Positions 54,417 to 64,000 of a stretch of 64,000 nt of DNA are shown piece after piece; position 1 is the first letter of the stretch, and the number at the start of each line of letters is the position of its first letter. Location: NCBI RefSeq assembly GCF_006345805.1, contig NC_043012.1, positions 31,062,001 to 31,126,000 of the forward strand. Reading direction: 5' to 3'. The position numbers and the translations under genes are program-made. The stretch comes from Octopus sinensis. Its lineage: Eukaryota. Under the pieces are notes generated by a model. It had not been told where the DNA came from. It did no database searches and worked only from the letters and a program-made list of their open reading frames with translations.

Positions 54417-55261
54417 TTATCCTTTGTTGTTTTCTGTAAAAAGAAATATCCATCAACACATATTTTAGTCTCCTGAAAATATTACCTTAGAAGCGATTTA
54501 GTGTATTTTTTTAAATACAAAATGAATTCCTGTCGATATCACCACAAGAAGCATGAATCATTTGCGTTTTTACAATTCTGAAAAACTTCTGAAAGATCTG
54601 GAAGCACCGCTCATCACTTTCATAGAAAGAATGTGCTTACATTCTTATTTAACTCACAGTGAGGCTTTGTAATATTTAAATTTATCTCAAGGCTTAATTT
54701 ACAACTGATTCATGTAGCCGCTGATCTAAGCTATTGTTTGAGGAAGCCGGACATGTCTTCTTCGTGGAGTGATCGTCTAACTGTGAAACTGTCCGCCAGG
54801 AGACTTCCGCTATCTTTTTTGTACACCAGTTAGATAGAAACCGTGTGTCTACATTCTTAGTTCACCCACAGTGAATCTGTCTAAAAACGCATACGTATAT
54901 AAATTAAATATACACACAAGGACTTCGTCAGCAGGTAAAAAGAGGAGGGTATTCGAAAGTTGCTGGTGTAATACATTTGCTGGTGTTGTCACAAATTAGA
55001 TTCATGATCCACCAAGACAAAGAAATGTGAAAACTGTAGAGATTTACACAGGGAAAAATTGGATTTGAGTTTTACGACATTTCAGTTAAACTTGATAAAT
55101 CCTAGCTGTGATAAGTGGTGACACCAGCGTCTATAAAACCGTAACTTCAGCTATTAATCTCTCGTTACCTGCCGATGTGTGAATACAGAAAATTTATATA
55201 TAAATATCCATTAAGAAACTTGAATTAATGTATAGGGGAAAATCGTTAACTCCAACACATT

Positions 55262-55420
55262 TTTTATCTCTCTATTCCTTCTCTCGTCCCTTTCCGTCGA
55301 AGAGCGTAGGCTCGAAACGTCAAAGTCTTTACCATTCTTCTCGAGTGTCAAACTAACACACCTATTTGTTGTTCCCTTCATCTGTCTTCGTCTTTTGTAC
55401 ATTTTCTGTACATTTGAACC
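55262..55420 (+). mobile_element. Penelope-like terminal repeat fragment, same family as 361-571
   Basis: cttt-CCGTCGA-a-GAGC-gtag-GCTC-GAAA-cg-TC-aaag at 55290-55325. Confidence 0.6.
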
Positions 55421-55447
55421 ACACACACACACACACGCACGCACACA

Positions 55448-55490
<43 letters not shown>

Positions 55491-55634
55491 ACACACACAC
55501 ACAGAATGAATAGAAAGTGGTAAAATGTCCAGGTAGGTACCATATGAGCATTCAGATATAATCCGGGTTCTGGTTAATATACTGTATAATTGACTGTGGG
55601 GAAAAATATGCAGTTGTACTAATCTCTGTAGTCA

Positions 55635-55753
55635 TACAAACAAACAAACATACATACATACATACATACATACATACATACATACATACATACATACATG
55701 CATACATACATACATACATACATACAGACGTACATACGTACATACGTACGTAC

Positions 55754-55784
<31 letters not shown>

Positions 55785-56045
55785 CAAACATACGTACATA
55801 CATACGTACATACATACGTACATACATACATACATACGTACATACATACATGCATGCATACGTACATATATACATGCATGCATACATACATACATGCATG
55901 CATACATACATACATACATGCATGCATACATACATACATACATACATACACACATACATACATACATACATACATACATACATACATACATACATACGTA
56001 TATACATACATACATACGTATATACATATATACATACACACACAT
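55635..56045. repeat. ~400-bp (TACA)n tetranucleotide array with TACG/TGCA variants
   Basis: Read directly. Confidence 0.95.
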
Positions 56046-59000
56046 ATCTTAATATGTGTATCCTGCTTTACTTTCCATGTATGTAATTTTGTAATTATAT
56101 ATATTATCATTTCATTATATTGAAATTCACTAATATACACGCACACAAACACACACTCTGATACACACACATGCACACACATACAATGTAGCTTGGAATT
56201 AATCTAACCCACAGTCTACTGAACAATTATATTAATCATAATATTTTTCTGAGTTTGATGACCTCAGATTCCAAGTTTATAATCTTAGTCGGATTTTATG
56301 AAAAGAATCGTTCAAACCAGAGAGCCATTAGAAGAAGCAGCACTGGAGTTGTCGTTGAATGAATTCTGTTGGAATGAACAATTCATGGTCTATTGTGAAT
56401 TGTTTTTAAGTCAGCTGCACTAAAATTAGTGGTTTTAAGCAATGCAGCGATAAGAAAATTTCAATAGTTCTGAAGAAAACAAGTAGAAAAGAAATCACAT
56501 TTGCTTCTCTTTTAGAAGGTTGTGATTCTATACAGTTGGATGATTTGGTCGTCGGTGTCAGGAACTACAGAATTGTTGCTTTTGAAGAAAGAAAGCGTCG
56601 ACCATGTTGTACAGATCTATTAGCGGTATATCTTTTGTAAATACATTCGTTGAAATAGTTGTACTAATACAGTTAAATAAACATTTATTGTTGCAAAAAC
56701 CGATAAAATGCAACGTTTTGGATTTTGCAAATAACATCTACGTCCTTTATTTTAACGTCAAAGAGTATATCAGTAAAATCTGATGCTTTATTTCATGTTG
56801 CTGCAAATAAGTCTTGCTTATAGGGTGTCGTCAACTTGGATCTGTGTAATATGGGGATGCCTCCTCGTCTGATCCTTAGGGAATGTGGAAAAAATACAGG
56901 GACACACTACAGTCGACTAGGGAATGTGTTTGTTTCCAAACCCGGGCGAGAAAACGTTTACTTTCTAGGGAGAACCTCGCATTGGTGGATCGTAGCCGCA
57001 GAACGTAGCTCGGTGTAACCCTTGGTGATTTGCTTCGGGGGGGGGGGGTGAGATGTGGGGTAGTCAGAGCACTGAGGCCCGACGAGGAAAAGCAAGTCCG
57101 AGAAATATGTGAGGAGGTCGAGAGTCTGCTTCACACGTCCAACTCACATATCACCCAAAGAGGAATTGCTGTCTAGTTTACACTCGCTCAGCTTATATAA
57201 AAATCGTTCGAGGATCAGATCCCTTTTGAAGGATTCAGTAACAGTTTTTATTAAAATGAACTTCAGTTCTTCCCACGTTTAGCTTCCCTCTCCAAAACAA
57301 GTTCTTTGAAAACTGACATGAAATACAGTCGCTTTGTCTATCCGTTCTTATTGAAAGAATGCCACAGAATGAATCTCAAAACTGGTTCAACAAGCTTGTC
57401 TGCCGAAAGAAGATGATTACCAGTGTTTCGAGAAAAGCCCTTCGACAGAGCTAAACAAAAAAAAGGAATGTTTTTAGATATTTGATTTTTTTCCTGTTCC
57501 CGAAGAAGAGATTTTATCGACACAGCGTACGATTTTCCCTCGGCATACGATGAAGAAAGTGTTTATCGATGAAGAAGTGTTTATCAGTTCTCTCGTCTCC
57601 CCACAGCAAATGACTAAGAGATCTTATCGATACAGTAGCACCCTCAACTCCCTGCGGTATTCAAACAAACCAAATTTACGAACTTGCGAAATAGCTTCTA
57701 CCAACACGGACCGTATAAGATTCTTCGATTTCCGGTTTTATTTAATAATCGAGATCAGTATCACGTACTTTATAAGTACTTTAGCAGCACCAAAAACTGA
57801 AGTCCATGAAATGACATATTTTTAAACGCTTTTATTGAGTTGTAGGGCATAGATGAGTCTGATAAGAATTGCATACTGACTCTGTTAATATGTGTGTTAA
57901 AAGATTTCAGAGTGAAGAATAACTATAACTTTGGATAATATCTAGTCATAAAGAAGAAACAGGAATAGTCATAAACTGAAACCATTTATATTGGAACAGT
58001 GGAATTGTTAAATAAGTTAGAGCAAAAAGGACAATTCAAAATATTGAAATAGATTTAACAAATAATTTTTGGATTTGATTTGCAAGATTCTTTATATGAG
58101 TTCATGTGTTGAAGTATAACTATTGAAAAGGTTGCAAGACGCAATGAAAATTTTTGGAAAATAAAAGAAACAAGTGGAAATTTTACCGGTGAGTATGTTA
58201 ATAAGGCACAAAAAGAAAATGACTCTCCCCAGACACAACCAAATAATTTAAATATTTTAAACAAATAATTTGTTAAAAAAGTATGTGAATATTGGAAAGT
58301 TGATAAAGCATCGCATGAAGGTGATATACAGTAGTTTCTCGAACAGCGCTTTTCGGAGCTAATATCAAAGCATTAGCAATGAAAATGATCTGAACTGAAT
58401 GTACGATAAATCAAATCATATATGAGATGGACCAATGAGCGCACACTATGCAGTCACTCGAAACGAAAAGACAAAAAAAAAAAAGAAGAAAAAAATGGAG
58501 CCAACTCTCATACAAATCACATCCAATTATTTTTGAAAAAGAAGCTTAGGTTTTATAAATTTATTACTTTTCATGAAATATATAATTTAACAACTCAAAA
58601 GACAAACACAACAAAACTATTGGAATATCCCGCTAAAATGCTTTAAGGCAACCCAGAACATTATTGGTGTTACTGTGGATAGTTGAGAAACTGAGGTATT
58701 GGAACGACTAAGCTCCCCCTTGATGAGTATTATATGATGTTTTCAAGGAAACGAAACGAAACAGTAACAAAACCTTCATTCTTAGAGGAGCGGTTTTTTG
58801 ATTGTCTCGGAAGCCAAAGATTGAATAGTATAAATCGATAGCAAATTAAGATATTTCAAGATAAGTTCCATTCAGCTACTGTTGCAGTAACCTCTACCTG
58901 TATCGCAGAATTTAAGATATTGGCAGTTATGTAGAGAGGTCACATGATCTCATTGTACCACCTTCCCCAAACATACATAATCCATACCTGATATAGGTCT

Positions 59001-60187
59001 TAACGTTATTTAATGACTGTGTTACTTTTAAGAAACATTTTCGAATTATCTAAAGGAAAAATTCTCCTATAAATATTAAAAGAATATTAAACATTCATCT
59101 AGCTATCAGCTATTCGCTATGTGCGGTTGGCAACACTTCTAGAGGGTGTAGCCCCAGAAGGAATAATTGTAGAAGTTGGGATTGGTGGGAAAGCTAAAAC
59201 ATGAATGACCAGAAGGAAAGAAAACCGTGAATCAAGCTGGAATGAGGACATGCAGCCGTTTGTTCTACAGGCATGGTGAATGTTACAGTAAAAATAGAAG
59301 AGTTAAACCGCAGGTACGTGAGCTGGTGTTGCGTGTATCTGTGTCAGTGAGTCGGATCTTCTTCATTTGAATGCAGGTTACTCTGTTTATATGAGTAGCA
59401 ACATCATTGTTCCAGGTATATGAGCGGTACTACAGCTCTTCAAAGGGACTAGTAATCTATTAGGGCTGACTTATCTTCTTACTCCTAAGAGGAAATTTAA
59501 CTTTTCAGATGCGATTTTTGTGATGCTGTAGATGTGAGGGCTGTGAGAGATCATTGGATTTGAAGCCTAATATCGTCAGTAATTGTCTGATAAAGACAAG
59601 TTCATCTGATAAAGAATGGTATAAGACAGGATATCCTGGATACCTCAAAAGAATCGTTGAATCCCCATCCCATATTATATAACTCTCCCACACATAAGTA
59701 CAAACATGCACAGATGCGTACATAAAATAAACCTATCATGTCTTTTCTGATAACATTTTGGAGTAAAACTGTAGGAGAAGGACTACGCATGTTGGTTACG
59801 CTATCTCACTTGAGAACCTTCACAGGGAGAAGAAAACAAAGCTGGAGATTATCCCAAATAGTTTAACTGACAAATATCTCAAGTAATAAACATTTTGTAC
59901 CTAGTATATGCCTCTGATATTCTGTTTGCTTTCTGTCCCGCTTGCTTTTCTATTTAAATCTAATTAATCATTTCACTCGAGCAGAACTTTAGCATCTTTC
60001 TATGAAACAAAATACGCAACAGGTAAATTCCAAGTGTAGCTTAAATATGTGTCATTTAGAGAAATGAATGTTGCAGAGTACAGGAGATAAAAAGGGGATT
60101 GAAAGATATTACAAAGAAAATGTTTTAAAGTTCTTCCAATGGTATATTTTAAGGAATGCTGCTAAACAACATACTCAGAATTGCTGC

Positions 60188-60590
60188 TGGTGAACTAGGT
60201 GAATCGTTAGCACGCCGGACGAAATGCTTAGCGGTATTTCGTCTACCGTTACGTTCTGAGTTCAAATTCCGCCGAGGTCGACTTTGCCTTTCATCCTTTC
60301 GGAGTCGATTAAATAAGTACCAGTTACGCACGGGGGGGGGGGCGATATAATCGACTTAATCCGTTTGTCTGTCCTTGTTTGTCCTCTCTGTGTTTAGCCC
60401 CTTGTGGGTAGTAAAGAAATAGGTATTTCGTCCGTCTTAACTTTCTGAGTTCAAGTTCCGCCGAGGTCTACTTTGCCTTTCATCTTTCCAGGGTCGATGA
60501 AATAAGTACCAATTACGCACTGGGGTCGATCTAATCGACTGGTCCCCTCTTACAAATTTCTGGCTTTGTGCCTATAGCAGAAAGAATTAT
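60188..60590 (+). mobile_element. Dimeric SINE B with two different tails
   Basis: First monomer ends AAAGAAATAGGTATTT, running directly into CGTCCGTC of a second monomer that has the TGTGCCTA-type tail. Confidence 0.85.
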
Positions 60591-61696
60591 ATAAAGGACG
60601 AGATCTACGCAATGCGAACAAATTCAGCCACTGTCGGTTATAATTATCATATTCACTACTTTTTGATATTTTATAAACAAATATTCTTAGACTTAATATC
60701 ATGCCTACCACTCTCACGAATCTTTAATCCATCAATCAAAACCCATAGCCTTGGGAGACTGTAGGCACACATCACGAGACGGAACCTCTTCCCTCCCTCT
60801 TTCCCAGTGATCAACCAGTCTCAAGTTCTCCAGTGTTTTCACATATCTCCTCCTTGACACTTTACAAAAGACGCACAGAAAGCCCGTCGGGAGTTTGTCC
60901 GTGCACTGTCCATCTTACATAAGAATATAAAAATAACGTTTTCATCAGTTAATACAAATCAATGTTGACTGAATATGTACGCATCCATAATTTATGAATC
61001 AATCCTTTGTAATATTATCTACTTGGTTATTTCATAACCCTGCAAAAGAGCAAACGGTCGGATGGGACATTGAGTCACTGAAATTGAATATAAGTACACT
61101 GTGTAGAAGTGTACAAAGATGGTTTTTTTTTTTCACTTAATGTGTTTCAGTTGAAAACAGGTTCACTTGTACTCTTCTCTGTCAACGTTCTCTGAAGAAT
61201 TAATTCTGCAGCTGCAAACAAGAAGGTGATTAAAAACAAAACAAAAAAAAAAAAAACAAGCAACAATCGAATTTATTTTTGTGATAAGAATACATCAGAT
61301 TAATGCTTCTGAAATCCCAAAGATAATCAATCGCTGTACGTAATTGCCATCAATCGATACAATCAATCACTGGTTGTTTTTATTGTTACAGTAAATGATA
61401 TTCGCTGCAGTGGTAATGTAGTAACGTAGGGGTGTCTGTGTGCCAGGTGGTGCTTGGGTAGGAGTGTTGAGTGTTGTCGAAATATTAGTGGTAAGTGAGT
61501 AGTAGTGTATCTTGATTTGATGATAGTGTTTTGCTAGTAAGTTTGGTAGAGAGTAGGGAGTGGGAGGTTGCGGATGTGTGTTAGGATTTTTAAAGATAGC
61601 GTCGGGGAGGGCGGGGGGAGGATGCTTCTGAAAAAAACAAATGGAATGCTTTTCTTGCAGTTGAATAGAAAGTCAAAATAGTTTTACAAATAAATA

Positions 61697-61918
61697 AATA
61701 ACTATTTCTTTACTACCCACAAGGGGCTACACACAGAGGGGACAAACAAGTACAGACAAACGGATTAAGTCAATTATATCGACCCCAGTGTGTAACTGGT
61801 ACTTAATTAATCGACCCCCGAAAGGATGAAAGGCGGAATTTGAACTCAGAACGTAGCGGCAGACGAAATACTGCTAAGCATTTCGCCTGGCGTGCTAACG
61901 TTTCTGCCAGCTCTCCGC
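61697..61918 (-). mobile_element. SINE family B
   Basis: Full-length copy with a small internal deletion. Confidence 0.88.
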
Positions 61919-62993
61919 AGAATATATAGATGAATGAATAAATATATAAATAAATAAATAAACAGAAACAACATCGGAAAACAAGTCACCGACAGAGCCT
62001 CTACGTGGTCACACGAATTGCAAGAAATGACAACTAAATCTGCCTCAAACTATACCTAATTGTTTTACAAAACACAGACAATAATGTAGTCCACGGTACT
62101 CTCAACCCGATTAACAAAAAAAGAAAAAAAAAAGATCGGCTTCAATGCCTTTAATCATTTATATGCTCAATGACGGATCAAGTAACAACATGCACATCAA
62201 CAACAACAACAGCCGCAGCAGCCGGAGAAAAGTAATCATCGGAAATTGTACAAAGTCAATGTTAATGAATATACATTTCGCATTTAATTTATTCAATGAG
62301 CTGAGAGTAATTAAGGATATTATTATTTGTTAATTTACTTTATATGTCATCTCAGATGTTTGTTTTTATGGGGTGCAGCAGAAATTAATAATAATTCGTA
62401 TAATTTTAAAACTTTGTATTAAAGATTTAATTTTTCGTAAATCATCGAACAATAATTAGCGAAAAAGAAGAAAGAAAGAGACAACCAAAAAAAACAAAAA
62501 CAAGAAACGAATATTGAAATTATTGCATACTATCAATTTGAAGTTCTTCATTGCCATATAATATTCTTTAATATTCATTAGGTGAAAGATATTAGATCAA
62601 TAATTCTTTTTATCAAAAGAATCATCAAAGTTCGATACTAAAAAATTTAATATTTCGTTTTATTTTAAAGTAGTCAAATTTATTAACTTAATTCGTGGAA
62701 AGCCCAATTTATTTTGAAAAATTTAAGACTGTCGGAAATTTACAGAGGACCGTGATGTACATGATTTCCTTTGAAGCCTTTTCCTGAAACATGTGATACT
62801 TGAGGTACCGTAAAGTCCACATGGGTAGTGTTGAAGGGGTAGTCTTAGGAGGGGATATCATTGAATACTATATTCTGTGTTATACACTTGTCATCTCTTG
62901 TGTATTGAGAATTGGGAACTTTACACCAAGAAGTAGACAATTTTAGCTATAGAACAAAACCGAAGATAATCTATCACCATATTATTCTACACA

Positions 62994-63034
<41 letters not shown>

Positions 63035-63341
63035 ACACACACACACACATACACACACGAGTATACACACACACACACACACGAGTATACACACACACAC
63101 ATACATAGAATATAAGGGGTTTAGTGCGTAAGTGCTATAATTGGTGATCCGTTAGGTTCTAACTGCACGGCTGAGGCTGGAGCTAGGGATCCTTAGTAGA
63201 TTTCCGAGTCAGCAGGTATATATTGAAGAAAACGGAATCTATGCATAGATTATTAAGAAATTTCATTAAATATATAAATCTGAATATAATGAAATTAGAA
63301 TTTTTTTGGGGGGATACTCTCCTATATTGGATGGAAAAAAA

Positions 63342-63835
63342 TTTCTATATATCTAGGGAAATTACTTGGTTCATCTTGATTACCTCCCTTTCATTAATTT
63401 TTAATACATCTTATTGACTCCTGATATATTTACTAAATTGATAAAGGTTTTTCCCCACAGTTAGTAAACATTATGTCTAACATATTCTTTTAATTCGACT
63501 CATTAATAAAACAAATCACCATTTACTAGCTAATTATGATTCTATATTAATGGAAATGGGGATATATAAATATGAAATAATCGCAAATAATTCTATATAT
63601 CTAGAGAAATTACTTGGTTCATCTTGATTACCTCCCTTCCATTACTTTTTAATATATCTTATTGACTCCTGAGATATGTGCTAAATTAATAAAGTTTTTT
63701 TTTCCACAGTTAGTAAATATTATGTCCAACATTTTCTTTTAATTAAACTCATTAAAAAAAAATCACCATTTACTAGCTAATTATGATTATATATTAATAG
63801 AAATGGATATATATATATTTATATAAATATGAAAT
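63342..63835. repeat. Tandem duplication, ~249-bp unit, two copies
   Basis: TTCTATATATCTAG.GAAATTACTTGGTTCATCTTGATTACCTCCC at 63342 and 63591; collinear with scattered substitutions. Confidence 0.92.
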
Positions 63836-64000
63836 GATTTCCATATTTTTTCTATCCCTATATAAGGTACTAATATTTATTGAAATTCTTTAGGAAATTG
63901 TCTAAAGAATATTTACTTAGATTTCTTAATATGGAATCTGGATGTCAAATGGTAAGGGACATTAAAACCTCTAGAGCACTAGTAGTGTATGTTCCCCTAC

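Noticed and set aside
59271-59530. Chain of three small plus-strand exons
   Set aside because: Splice phases cannot be joined without stop codons.
60690-60920. L1/Tx1 ORF2 fragment
   Set aside because: Only vague resemblance; no diagnostic motif.

Overview
AT-rich, repeat-saturated eukaryotic DNA. The three tRNA-headed SINE families and the dense (TA)n/(CA)n/(TACA)n/(AAT)n microsatellites match my recollection of Octopus genomic DNA (inference, no search run). No host protein-coding gene can be supported. Nearly all ORFs in the track are microsatellite or SINE artefacts, and only weak candidate exons remain. Recognisable coding relics are all transposon-derived: a hAT/GTF2IRD2-like transposase (15.6-16.9 kb), Penelope RT and GIY-YIG pieces (21.2-22.3 kb), R4/Dong-type RLE LINE ends (29.7 and 40.9-41.7 kb), a mariner (46.6-47.5 kb), an RTE tail (50.0 kb) and a Helitron Rep-helicase split by two younger insertions (51.9-54.0 kb). 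The main finding is a set of type I hammerhead-ribozyme motifs in Penelope-type tails. One at 44468-44534 has an intact core, a related one sits in the loop of a 150-bp inverted repeat, and five more are degenerate. Other highlights: (TAA)n-targeted retroelements, telomere-repeat-bearing MITEs with 8-bp TSDs, several fold-back palindromes, dimeric and nested SINEs, and a diverged non-coding block present in three copies.
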